Source: an uncultured delta proteobacterium (lineage in GTDB: Bacteria; Desulfobacterota; Desulfomonilia; Desulfomonilales; Desulfomonilaceae). From it: a stretch of 64,000 nt of DNA. Below, in pieces: positions 20,829-30,304 of the stretch. How positions within the stretch are numbered: the stretch's first letter is position 1; every line of letters begins with the position of its first letter. Made by a program: the position numbers and the translations under genes. The stretch is from contig CAVUHP010000010.1 of NCBI GenBank assembly GCA_963741425.1, positions 19,939-83,938 on the forward strand. Direction: 5' to 3'. The notes below the pieces were generated by a model. That model was not told the origin of the DNA and did no database searches. It worked only from the letters and a program-made list of their open reading frames with translations.

Positions 20829-21314
20829 CTAACGTCGAGTCGTTTTCGGGGAAATCTGCTTAAAAATATTCGCCATCTCTATAGCGGCCATTGCTGCTTC
20901 GGCCCCTTTATTTCCCGCTTTGGATCCAGCTCTCTCGATGGCCTGCTCAAGAGTATCAGTAGTCAACACTCCATAGCTCACTGGAATAGTCGATTCCATA
21001 GCAATTTGGGCAAGTCCTTTGGTGACTTCCGCGGCTATGTAATCGAAATGAGGGGTTGAACCGCGAATTACCGCTCCGAGCGCCACTACGATATCATGTT
21101 TCCCGGATCGCACCATTGCTGATACTATTTGCGGAATCTCAAAAGCGCCCGGCACCTTCACAATAGTCATGTCGTTTTCGGAAGCCCCGTGGCGCACTAA
21201 CGTGTCCACTGCGCCGGCAACCAGCCGCGATACAACAAAATCATTGAAACGGCTCGCAACCAATCCTACTTTGAGTCCGCTTGCGTCGAGAACACCTTCG
21301 ACAATCTTTGTCAT
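20829..21314 (-). CDS. ribH: 6,7-dimethyl-8-ribityllumazine synthase
   Basis: [50 protein letters not shown]. The start is placed at the internal ATG. Confidence 0.9.
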   Translation of the reverse strand: MTKIVEGVLDASGLKVGLVASRFNDFVVSRLVAGAVDTLVRHGASENDMTIVKVPGAFEIPQIVSAMVRSGKHDIVVALGAVIRGSTPHFDYIAAEVTKGLAQIAMESTIPVSYGVLTTDTLEQAIERAGSKAGNKGAEAAMAAIEMANIFKQISPKTTRR

Positions 21315-21373
21315 GGCTCCTCCGGGGTTAGGCATGCTCCAACAGATTCGTGGTTATACTTCCGTGCCGCAAT

Positions 21374-22592
21374 TTAGGAAAGGCACTTGAGCTCATATGT
21401 GTGACCCATTTTTTCTTTCTTGGTTCTCAGATATCGCAGGTTGGTCGCGCACGGGTCGATTACAATAGGAACCTGCTCCACAACCTGAATGCCATATCCT
21501 TCCAGACCTACTATTTTCTTAGGATTGTTGGTCATTAACCGCATCTTGCGAACACCCAGATCGTAAAGCATCTGAGCGCCTATGCCATAATCTCTCAAAT
21601 CGGCCTTGAACCCAAGCCTTAGGTTGGCTTCTACAGTATCACAACCCTGATCCTGAAGCTCGTATGCTTTTATTTTGTTGAGGAGGCCTATTCCTCGGCC
21701 TTCCTGATGCATGTAAAGAATTACGCCTTTGCCCACTTCAGCAACCATCCCCATTGCTTTTTCAAGCTGCGAGCCGCAGTCACACCGCTGTGAACCGAAA
21801 ACATCACCGGTCAGGCACTCTGAATGGACACGCACCAGAATCGGTTCATCCGGATTAATTTCTCCCTTGACCAAGGCAACGTGATTGTGGTGGTCAACAT
21901 CGTTTTCGTACACAATAAACCTGAATTCACCGCCAACTGCCGTGGGCAAAACTGTCTCAGCTCCCCGCCGCACAAGTCGCTCGTGACGCATTCGGTATTT
22001 GATCAAGTCTCTGATGGTACATATTTTAAGATTGTGTAATTCCGCCATCTTCATCAGATCAGGCATGCGGGCCATGGTACCGTCTTCATTCATGACTTCA
22101 CAGATAACCCCGGCAGGCGTGAAACCGGCGAACCGCGCCAGATCAACGCTACCTTCTGTTTGGCCGGCGCGCACTACGTACGCCCCCGCTGCGAGCTCTC
22201 AGTGGGAAAACATGGCCTGGTGAAACCAGGTCCTGAGATGTTGCATCTTCGTCGACAGCCGTCAGGATAGTAATTGCACGATCGTACACTGAAATGCCGG
22301 TTGTAACCCCTCGCGCGGCTTCAATAGAAACAGTGAAGGCCGTTCCGTAAGGAGATTTATTGTCGCTCACCATTATCGGAAGATCCAGAGACTGGATTTT
22401 TTGCTCTATCATGGATAAACATAGCAACCCGCGACCGTACTTGGTCATGAAATTTATGGCCTCGGGAGTAACTTTTTCCGCGGCCATTGTAAGATCGCCT
22501 TCATTCTCCCGGTCTTCATCATCCACGAGAATTACCATTCGACCTTGTTTTATTTCTTCAATTGCTTCCTCAGAACCAACTAATGCACCCAT
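21374..22592 (-). pseudogene. ribBA: bifunctional DHBP synthase / GTP cyclohydrolase II (RibBA), one frameshift near 22175-22188
   Basis: ORFs 22149..22592 and 21374..22174 are in different frames. The sequence ...[13 protein letters not shown] is followed, one base out of frame, by [18 protein letters not shown]. The shift sits next to a C5 run. Confidence 0.85.
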
Positions 22593-22607
22593 TTCAGGCG
22601 CCCTCCT

Positions 22608-23246
22608 TTATACGAATCCGTATTCTTTCAGTTTATCTTCGGTTATACCCGATTGTTCCTTACCGGAAACGAACTTTTCAACGTATTTTCCAATGAGATC
22701 AAACTCCAGGTTCACCTTATCATTGATCTTTTTTTCGGTCAACCCGGTCACAGCCACCGTTTGAGGAATGATCATTACACGGAATTTACTCCCTTCCACC
22801 CGGTTCACCGTCAAACTTATTCCATCTATTGCCACGCTTCCTTTATCGATAAGGTAACGGCCGGAATCCGACTGGAACCCCATTATCCATCCCGGCCCAG
22901 CTTGCCGTTTTTCAATGATTCGGCCTACGCAGTCCACGTGGCCTGCCACAAGGTGACCTCCAATCCTGGAATCCAAACGCATGGCTTTTTCCAGATTGAC
23001 CTTCGAACCTACTTTTAAATCAGCAAGTGTCGTCACGGCCAGAGTTTCGGAAGAAACGTCCGCTGTCAGCTCTTTCTTTTGAATGCGCACATTGATGGCC
23101 GTCAGGCATGCGCCGTCTACCGAAACAGAATCCCCTTCTTTTAGATCTGTTAGGTCAAGGTCGGACATTATCCGGATTCTTATGAATTCGCCCACAGTTT
23201 CAATACTTCTTATTTCGCCGCGAGCTTCGACTATGCCGGTAAACAT
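22608..23246 (-). CDS. ribE: riboflavin synthase
   Basis: 212 aa starting MFTGIVE, with two lumazine-binding repeats (DGACLT / DGISLT). Confidence 0.9.
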   Translation of the reverse strand: MFTGIVEARGEIRSIETVGEFIRIRIMSDLDLTDLKEGDSVSVDGACLTAINVRIQKKELTADVSSETLAVTTLADLKVGSKVNLEKAMRLDSRIGGHLVAGHVDCVGRIIEKRQAGPGWIMGFQSDSGRYLIDKGSVAIDGISLTVNRVEGSKFRVMIIPQTVAVTGLTEKKINDKVNLEFDLIGKYVEKFVSGKEQSGITEDKLKEYGFV

Positions 23247-23317
23247 TTTTTTTTTGGGCTCCAGTATCCCTTTGTCTTATATGCTTCACCCACGTTCTAT
23301 TTTCAAGATCCACCCAA

Positions 23318-24058
23318 TCAAATCATCTTCAATAGGTGTCTGTGCTGGACTCTGCCCATGGCTGCCAAAATGTTAGCCTTCACATCAGGGATTTCGTGTT
23401 CTATCTCCGAAATCATCTTTTTGACCCAGTGACGCCGTGAGCTGACCATTCCCTGAAACGGACAGGAGCAGCCAGCGATCGGAACACCAACAATACGAGC
23501 AAATTGCCGCGTCATTTCTTCCTTGACGTAAACGAGAGGTCTGATGATTCTATTCTTGCCGTCGTCTGCCATAAGATTCGGGCTCATGCCTTTTATTGAA
23601 GCGTTGAAAAATAAATTGAGGATCAGGGTTTCAATAAAATCATCTAAATGATGACCCAGTGCAATTTTATTCCAATGCTGCTCCGCTGCAAAAGTATAAA
23701 GAATCCCCCGACGTAATCTAGCACAGAATGAGCAAGGGTTGGTTCCCGGCGTGAGATTTTCTTTGACTACCTCTACGATTTCCGCAGGTATAATCTGATA
23801 CGGAATATCTTCATCAGCCAAACGCTTTCCGATTTCTCCACAATCAAATACGTCCTGACGGGGTTGAACGGTCACTGCTCCAATTTCATAATCGATCGGT
23901 GCCTTTCGTCGAAGTTCTCTCAAGGCAAAGAGTAATGTCCAGGAATCTTTTCCACCTGATAAAGCCACAAGAATTCGATCACGGTCTTGGATCAAACCGA
24001 AATCGCCAATAGCTTTCCCTACCAGACGCGTTATGGATTTGAATATGGGTGATTTCAT
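23318..24058 (-). CDS. ttcA: tRNA 2-thiocytidine biosynthesis protein TtcA-like PP-loop ATPase
   Basis: It has the SGGKDS PP-loop, CSFCARLRRG and GCSCPF cysteine motifs, and GHHLDD. The start is placed at ATG 24058. Confidence 0.8.
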   Translation of the reverse strand: MKSPIFKSITRLVGKAIGDFGLIQDRDRILVALSGGKDSWTLLFALRELRRKAPIDYEIGAVTVQPRQDVFDCGEIGKRLADEDIPYQIIPAEIVEVVKENLTPGTNPCSFCARLRRGILYTFAAEQHWNKIALGHHLDDFIETLILNLFFNASIKGMSPNLMADDGKNRIIRPLVYVKEEMTRQFARIVGVPIAGCSCPFQGMVSSRRHWVKKMISEIEHEIPDVKANILAAMGRVQHRHLLKMI

Positions 24059-24084
24059 TGTGTGAATATTAGTTCGCAATCCAT

Positions 24085-24116
24085 GCAAAGGGCCGGTTTG
24101 GACTCCGGCCCTTTGC
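24085..24116 (-). terminator. strong hairpin after the ferredoxin-like gene (candidate terminator or attenuator)
   Basis: Perfect 12-bp stem GCAAAGGGCCGG / CCGGCCCTTTGC with an 8-nt loop. It overlaps the stop codon at 24116-24118. No clear T-tract follows. Confidence 0.45.
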
Positions 24117-24414
24117 TACCAGGAATGTGAAATGGCCCCAGTCATACAAGCCGCCACACACGGGAGAGGCGGGAGAGGCCGAGCCTAGCTGTCGCAGGTT
24201 TGCACGGGCCGCACTCATACTTGATTTTATTTTTCTTATCCGGTTTGATCGTTGCGAGAGGCCGATCGTTAAGGGATCACAGGATCCTCATACACGACTT
24301 GAAAAACCCCGGCAGGACATGCAGAAACGCAATCTCCGCATCCATTACATTTCTCAGTATCACGGTTATGAAATAATTTCCTGAACCGTCACTATAACCA
24401 TAGTTAGCAAGCAT
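24116..24414 (-). pseudogene. small 2x[4Fe-4S]-type ferredoxin-like gene carrying three frameshifts
   Basis: My own translation in four frames gives MLANYGYSDGSGNYFIT / DTEKCNGCGDCVSACPAGVFQVVYEDPVI / LNDRPLATIKPDKKNKIKYECGPCKPATA / ARPLPPLPCVAACMTGAISHSW*. Concatenated, these read as one coherent Cys-rich protein of about 98 aa. Confidence 0.6.
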
Positions 24415-24673
24415 GGTATTTCCACTAGTTTCTTCTCATTTCGGGCGGGAACGGAGGTTCCTGAGAAGGTCACTGCTGATGTAGAGCGGTCCTTAGCGTC
24501 GCTTCCAGCCGGTTGCTCGTCTTTGCCTTTCTCATCTTCCTTATTTCTTTCGCGGGAACTTGCTTACATCTACTTTCTGCACTTTTTCTGCCCTTGGCAT
24601 CATAAATGACCACAGAAGTTTCGGCACAAGGCATAGCTGGCGAAAGATCGTGTGTGCTCTTTCACGAAGTCAT

Positions 24674-24961
24674 TCAAGAAACATATCCATTTCTTGCCTT
24701 CGGGATCCAGAGCTGAAGCCGTGGAGAAAACAGGCGGCTCTCCCGGAGCAATGGGCAATACCTGAAGAGAAAGGATCTCCTGGCCCCATCGGTCAAAGTG
24801 TGCGGAGCTGAATGTATCCGAAGCCTTTGAAAGGTCTCAGAGACATTTCTTATTGCATCAGGACTCTCTCCGGTCTCCGGTACCTGGAGGCTGGGTCTTT
24901 CCGCGCGAAGGACCGTACCGCACAGAGTGAACGCCAGAATGATCACCAGAATGTGCCGCAT
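24674..24961 (-). CDS. hypothetical small exported protein (probably truncated by frameshifts)
   Basis: A good RBS (GAGGAAG) lies 8 nt before the ATG, and there is a signal peptide (MRHILVIILAFTLCGTVLRA). Other frames stay open down to about 24470, suggesting a longer broken gene. Confidence 0.35.
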   Translation of the reverse strand: MRHILVIILAFTLCGTVLRAERPSLQVPETGESPDAIRNVSETFQRLRIHSAPHTLTDGARRSFLFRYCPLLRESRLFSPRLQLWIPKARNGYVS

Positions 24962-25068
24962 AAAGAGTCTTCCTCAGCCGAACGAAAAGGCTCACCGGGA
25001 CCATGTTCAGCGACAAACCGGTGCAGCCGATGGGTCTCTATTCCAAGAATAGCCTCTGAATCCAGCGA

Positions 25069-25971
25069 TTACTTTTGTCTTCCTTTCCCATTCTGACATA
25101 AAGCCAGTCCGAAGAGCCCTCCCCCTATGCCACCCGCGAGCTGAGTATCCCATTCGGTCTTCATCGGTTCGGAGCCGATTTTCTTTTTCAGCCTGTCGAT
25201 TACTCCTTTGTTTTTAGCCATTCCGCCGGTTATGGCAAATTCGGGTTCTATTCCAACTCTTTCCAGAAGAGAAAAAATGCGATCGGCCATTGCCGCGCAG
25301 TAGGCTGCGAGAACTTCATTCGTGCTTAGGCCTTTTCTGAGCAGCCCGGTTGCCTCGGATTTTGCATAGACCACGCAGGTACTGGATACTGGCATCGGCT
25401 CCGCATCAATCTGGAACGATCGATCGCCGACTTCACCGATGGGAACTGATAACAGGTCGGCAAAAACTTCCATACCACGGCCCGTTCCGGCCGCACACTT
25501 GTCATTCATAAGGAAGTTCGTGACCTTACCGTTCTCATCACATCGGATGGCTTTGATATCCTGCCCGCCTACGTCCAGAACGGTACGTACCTTGTTTCCG
25601 TACATAAAATTAGCGCCTCGGGCGTGACACGCGATCTCAGTCACCGATCTGTCCGCCATAGGCACATTCACACGGCCGTAACCTGTTCCTATACAGTAAT
25701 GGATAGCGCTTTCGGGCATGCCGGTTTTCTCCAATGCGAACTTGAGGGCATTTCTAGCGCTATCAGGGCTATCGGATCCGGTCCTCATATTTCCGTAAGC
25801 AAACATTTTGCCGTCGGCCATTATCACAGCTTGCGAACTGACAGATCCCACGTCGATTCCGGCGGTAATGAACTGAGCCTCTTTCCAATTTATATCAGGA
25901 TTTACCCAGTTGCTTTCCGACCACCGCCAGTATTCCGGTTGCTGAGCCTCAGCCATTTGTATATCCTCCAA
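25069..25971 (-). CDS. BcrD/BadG/HgdC-family activase ATPase (BcrD-like)
   Basis: 300 aa with an ASKHA-fold N-terminus (AGIDVGSVSSQAVIM), the cluster-ligand motif NDKCAAGTGRG and a second Cys (SSTCVVYAKSE). Confidence 0.8.
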   Translation of the reverse strand: MEDIQMAEAQQPEYWRWSESNWVNPDINWKEAQFITAGIDVGSVSSQAVIMADGKMFAYGNMRTGSDSPDSARNALKFALEKTGMPESAIHYCIGTGYGRVNVPMADRSVTEIACHARGANFMYGNKVRTVLDVGGQDIKAIRCDENGKVTNFLMNDKCAAGTGRGMEVFADLLSVPIGEVGDRSFQIDAEPMPVSSTCVVYAKSEATGLLRKGLSTNEVLAAYCAAMADRIFSLLERVGIEPEFAITGGMAKNKGVIDRLKKKIGSEPMKTEWDTQLAGGIGGGLFGLALCQNGKGRQK

Positions 25972-25987
25972 TCAATTTGAATGTCAT

Positions 25988-26764
25988 TTATCTGCCCTCC
26001 CGAGCAACGACGGCTGCCGCTCCTGTAGCTGCTGCATATTCAGGGAATTCAGGAATGTACACTTCTTCTAAGCTCAATTCCCTTTGAAGTGCGCCGACGA
26101 ATCCGGAGTTATATGCAACTCCGCCCATTATAACAACGTCGGGGTTCACACCAATACGGCGAATCATAGAAACTATTCGACCGGCGATAGCATCATGAAT
26201 GGCTTTGCTTATGTCCTTTTTTGCGGTTTTAGCGTGGATGAGGCCAACCACTTCTGATTCGGCAAAAATAGTGCACTGGGCATTCATCTGGATAGAATTG
26301 TTGGACGATAAAGCCAATTGTCCCATCTGTTCGAGAGGAGTCTCAAGCGCTCTGGACATGGCCTCGATGAAAGCTCCCGAGCCTGCGGCGCATTTTTCAT
26401 TAATGGCGAAATCGACCACGTTACCTTTTTCATTTACTTTGGCTGCTCGTACTTCCTCCGCGCCGATATCTGCAACGGTTCGACAATTTGGAAAGTAGAA
26501 CTTGGCCGCGGCCGCAATCGCTTTTAAATCATTTACCGTGATATCAGCCTGCTGAATGGATTTTGCGCCTGACCCTGTTCCACCTATGTGCTCGATATGG
26601 TCCTGCTTAACTCCGGCATTTTTCAGAGCTATTTCCAGAGATTTCTGCACAGCCTGCGCCTGGTCGAATCCGGTGAGCACGGAGCCTCTTCCGATTATCT
26701 TATCGTCTTTCAGAATGACGGTCTTTGTATTCTTTGCACCACAGTCGATGCCTGCAGTGATCAT
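25988..26764 (-). CDS. BcrA/BadF/HgdC-family activase ATPase (BcrA-like short form)
   Basis: 258 aa, with MITAGIDCGAKNTKTVIL, NEKCAAGSGAF and NAQCTIFAESE. It is adjacent to, and distinct from, the ATPase at 25069..25971. Confidence 0.8.
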   Translation of the reverse strand: MITAGIDCGAKNTKTVILKDDKIIGRGSVLTGFDQAQAVQKSLEIALKNAGVKQDHIEHIGGTGSGAKSIQQADITVNDLKAIAAAAKFYFPNCRTVADIGAEEVRAAKVNEKGNVVDFAINEKCAAGSGAFIEAMSRALETPLEQMGQLALSSNNSIQMNAQCTIFAESEVVGLIHAKTAKKDISKAIHDAIAGRIVSMIRRIGVNPDVVIMGGVAYNSGFVGALQRELSLEEVYIPEFPEYAAATGAAAVVAREGR

Positions 26765-27074
26765 ATGGAACTCTCCTTCTAATGTAGGGCCGAATTGGGT
26801 CGAGCCTTAATTATTACACTTATCCTTTGGTTTTTTCTAGTCCGAGACTCTCCAGGAAGATATCAGGCATGCTTTACGTTTTTTTTTCGCTTCTTTTTGT
26901 CCAGCTACTCTGGTGGGGGCCACCGGGCATATTCAAGGAGTGGATCGCCCAAAAGCGAAGATCAAAAATTACTTTGGAACCGGCTCAGCGCTTTTTCAGG
27001 AATAATAATTGGGTCAATTTTTTGATGAGATTTTCGATTTGTGCAATCACCGGAATTAATTTCGGTATTGAAAG

Positions 27075-27521
27075 TTAATCCTGGTCGACCGGCTCTTTGC
27101 AGCTGCGGCAGCGTTTAGCACCGCGAAACAGTTGGTACCCGCAGCTTGGACAATGATAGCGCTTCTCTTCCTCTTCAACCCATCGCTCGGTTCCTAACTG
27201 CCTCCAGGCAGGAATAGCCCTCAAAATGACTTTCTTGCCGACAGGTATTGGAAAATCTTCGATGAGCTTACAAGGGAAATCACTGCACTGATGACAGGCT
27301 TCATAATTCTTATCTCGGGTACACGATTTTATGGGGCATGTCTTACAATACATGAATGTCTCGTCGGAAAGACACCCGTTGCAGGCGATATCATCCGGTG
27401 AACAGCCGTAAACGGTGCTTAACTTCTCCTTGAATTTTTCATCATTCCCCTTATGGGCGATCAGGACTCCGCATACACCGCAGTACAAGCCGCATGGAGC
27501 GAGCAGATCTTTGTTTATCAT
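27075..27521 (-). CDS. DUF3795-like cysteine-rich protein
   Basis: 148 aa with LAPCGLYCGVCGV...CNGC...CKTCPIKSC...CHQCSDFPC and a C-terminal CPSCG...CRSC ribbon. Its start overlaps the plsC-like stop by 1 nt. Confidence 0.7.
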   Translation of the reverse strand: MINKDLLAPCGLYCGVCGVLIAHKGNDEKFKEKLSTVYGCSPDDIACNGCLSDETFMYCKTCPIKSCTRDKNYEACHQCSDFPCKLIEDFPIPVGKKVILRAIPAWRQLGTERWVEEEEKRYHCPSCGYQLFRGAKRCRSCKEPVDQD

Positions 27522-28402
27522 TATTTCTCCATTTGTTGTGCTGTGGAATCAGCACTGGTTGGGGGAGCAAAGCGTTTCTTAAAAGGGTCATACTCCGGAT
27601 CAAGATATTTTTCGATTTCGGCTCGCGTCTTTTCCATTAAAACCGGAACATCTTTTTCGTCGAGACCCCTGGTTATGATCGGGCGACCGATGATCACTTC
27701 CACGTGTCCAGGGTTAAAGAGCCTTGAACCCTGTGGCATAATCTTGAATGGCCCATTGCAAGTTACCGGGAGTATCGGAACGCCGGTCTTGATTGCCAAT
27801 ATGAATGGGCCTTTTTTGAATGGGAGCATCAGTCCGTCTGGAGTTGTGGTCCCTTCGGGATAGACTAATAAGCTCCAGCCATTTCTTAGTTTTTCCGAGG
27901 CACTCAACATCTCGTTAAGGGCCTTACCGCGGCGCGACCGGTCTATGGAAACGGCTCCGATAGAAATCAGACCCGATCCGAACAGCGGAATTCTCAATAA
28001 TTCTTTTTTCAAGACCCATCGAAAACGCAGAGGCAACACCGACAGCAACGGTAAAAAATCCATGATGGATTGATGATTAGGGGTTATAATGTAAGAAGTA
28101 GCCGGATCTATATTAGCAGCATTCTCAATACTGCACGAAATCCTCATCGATCTTAAGACAACCTGAGCCCATTTGACGGTCAATCTTTGAGCAGCATTAC
28201 CGGATGTAAAACGACTTATGATTATAACGGCGGTAGCTACAAATGTCGTGCCAGCAATAATAAGAATAACCGGAACAACCATCCTTGTAAAAATTTGTAT
28301 TGGAAACGTCAATATTGACTTCTTATTCAACGACACCGAATCCGATCGGTGTGCACACGAAGTTTGAGGCCCGCCCCCTTCTGCAAAACTCACCAAAGGC
28401 AA
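27521..28402 (-). CDS. plsC: 1-acyl-sn-glycerol-3-phosphate (lysophospholipid) acyltransferase
   Basis: It has the NHQSIMD (HX4D) and PEGTTT motifs after an N-terminal TM. The exact start is uncertain. Confidence 0.75.
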   Translation of the reverse strand: MPLVSFAEGGGPQTSCAHRSDSVSLNKKSILTFPIQIFTRMVVPVILIIAGTTFVATAVIIISRFTSGNAAQRLTVKWAQVVLRSMRISCSIENAANIDPATSYIITPNHQSIMDFLPLLSVLPLRFRWVLKKELLRIPLFGSGLISIGAVSIDRSRRGKALNEMLSASEKLRNGWSLLVYPEGTTTPDGLMLPFKKGPFILAIKTGVPILPVTCNGPFKIMPQGSRLFNPGHVEVIIGRPIITRGLDEKDVPVLMEKTRAEIEKYLDPEYDPFKKRFAPPTSADSTAQQMEK

Positions 28403-28430
28403 TTTTGAAACGTTTTTCTTTTCTAAAATG

Positions 28431-29651
28431 TCAACCGCGGCTCAATTTTGCCGCGTCCAGACCTTTTGCTCCGGTAAGGTCGGCACCTTGCAAGTTCGCC
28501 CCGCTGAATTCCGCTTCGGTCAAATCTGCTCCATTAAGATTTGCTCCGCTCAAATTTGTTGCGAAGAGCCCCGCCAGATTCAGATTGGCCTCACTGAGAT
28601 TTGCTCCTGTCAAATTGGCAGTGTACAGCTTTGCCCTACTCAAATCCGCCCGGTAAAGAAATGCTCCACTAAGATTCGCTGCTGTGAGATCGGTCCGACT
28701 TATATCCGCCTGGCTCAGATCAGCACCTCTGAGATCCGCTCTAGTCAAATCAGCCCTATAAAATTTGGCCCCATTAAAATTTGCGCCGTTACATTTTGCT
28801 CCACTGATATTCGCCGCGCTGAAATCTGCGCCCTTCGCGGATACCTGACTCAAATCAGCTCGATATAGGAAAGCCCGCCTGATTCTGGCATTCGCCAGAT
28901 TTGCCCCCACAAATTTAGCGCCTTGAAGGTTTGACCCGCTTAAATCTGCTGTGGAGAGATCCGCTCCGCTTAGATCCGCTGCTCGGAGATCTGCGCTTCG
29001 GATTTTCGTGTTGATGAATTTCGCTTCTCGAAGATCTGCGCTGCTAAGGTCAGCTGAACTCAACTTCGCCCCTGTGAAGTTGCTGCCCTCCAGTCTTGCT
29101 CCATGCATGTCTGCCCGCCGTAGGTTAGCCCCTTCGAAATTGACATTGCGAAGATCGGCATCAGCGAGTTTAGTGGCCCCCAAATCCGCAGCGCTGAGAT
29201 CCGCTCCGGTCAGCTCGGCCGTGCTAAGATCGGCCAGACTCAGATCAGCCGAGATGAGTTTTGCATCCTTGAGTGTCGCTCCTCTGAGGGTAGCCCAACC
29301 CAAATCAGCTTCGGTAAGATCGGCTTCACTGAAGTCGGCAGTACCCATTTTCGCACCAGTGAGGTCAGCGCCGACCAGTTTTGCTCTGACCATTTCGGCC
29401 CGCCTAAGATTAGTTCCCCTGAGTTTCGCGGACGTAAGGTCCGCGGAGGCAAATTTGCTTCCCAGCAGATCCGCTCCCCTCAGGTCGGTCTCCCTAAGCA
29501 TTGCTTGGCTTAAATCAACCTGCCTAAGTTTGACTCTCCTCAGATTCAATCCACTCAGATCAGCCTGCTCTCCTTGTGTATTATCTTCCAACCATAGCCG
29601 ATGGCGTTCCAAAACTTGCTGAAGTTCTTCCGCTGTCATAGTCCACCTCAT
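28431..29651 (-). CDS. pentapeptide-repeat protein (large)
   Basis: 406 aa. An N-terminal helix (AEELQQVLERHRLWLED) is followed by about 70 consecutive A(D/N)LxG-type pentads. Confidence 0.85.
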   Translation of the reverse strand: MRWTMTAEELQQVLERHRLWLEDNTQGEQADLSGLNLRRVKLRQVDLSQAMLRETDLRGADLLGSKFASADLTSAKLRGTNLRRAEMVRAKLVGADLTGAKMGTADFSEADLTEADLGWATLRGATLKDAKLISADLSLADLSTAELTGADLSAADLGATKLADADLRNVNFEGANLRRADMHGARLEGSNFTGAKLSSADLSSADLREAKFINTKIRSADLRAADLSGADLSTADLSGSNLQGAKFVGANLANARIRRAFLYRADLSQVSAKGADFSAANISGAKCNGANFNGAKFYRADLTRADLRGADLSQADISRTDLTAANLSGAFLYRADLSRAKLYTANLTGANLSEANLNLAGLFATNLSGANLNGADLTEAEFSGANLQGADLTGAKGLDAAKLSRG

Positions 29652-29951
29652 TTCAATGACTGTTTATGGACTCGATGATATCGATAGGAGCGCTTGAAAT
29701 TTTCAACTAATTTATCCCTTTCTTGTTTTGGCGGATACATTCGTCGTCAATTCATTCCGAACCTTTGAAAATACCCGAAATTATCCCAGCGGTAAAGGGC
29801 AAATTACATCATTGTTTCAGACTGCTGAAAACCGTAAGTGCGCCTTAGCAATTTGGAGTAACTAGACGTTATTGGGATTTCATAAGAAAATATTCATTCG
29901 CGCTATTATACGGATGCCAAAAGTTTGTCCGATTCGAGCTAGCTGTATCTC

Positions 29952-30033
29952 GTCATTCCGGCGTAAGCCGGATCCAGGAAAGATTGGTTCCGGACTTTAC
30001 TCAGGGCAAAGTCTGTGCCCCGGCCTTCGCCGG
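29952..30033. repeat. REP-like hairpins (GTCAYYCYGGCGWAAGCCGG family)
   Basis: GTCATTCCGGCGTAAGCCGGATCCAGG contains the stem TCCGGC/GCCGGA, followed by CCGGC-CTTC-GCCGG (30020-30033). A related unit in inverse orientation lies at 41573-41599. Confidence 0.45.
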
Positions 30034-30304
30034 ACTACGAGTGGCAACACACATTAGGCAACCTGTATAAATGACGACCGGTTCTTGAACCTGGAGTTAC
30101 AAGGATCTGCCGTAATTGCACAAAACAGTGCGCACAGAAAGTTTGATTGACATATAAAGATGTGATTACGGAGTTATACTAAAGTTAATTAAAGTTTTTA
30201 ATTATAATTATGCTAATACTCACTGATTATTATCTGTTTATCCTTGCGTTTAGTTCGAGATTTGATATGATTATCTCAAGTTGATCCAGTTGAGGAGGTT
30301 ACCG

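Noticed and set aside
23247-23317. FMN (RFN) riboswitch upstream of the rib operon
   Set aside because: Only about 70 nt separate ttcA from ribE, which is too short for an RFN element, and the conserved RFN core is not visible.
25069-26764. Calling the two ATPases a complete benzoyl-CoA reductase (bcrA/bcrD) locus
   Set aside because: No BcrB/BcrC-type subunits are present in the window. Family membership alone cannot distinguish BCR subunits from dehydratase activators, so only the generic family call is supported.
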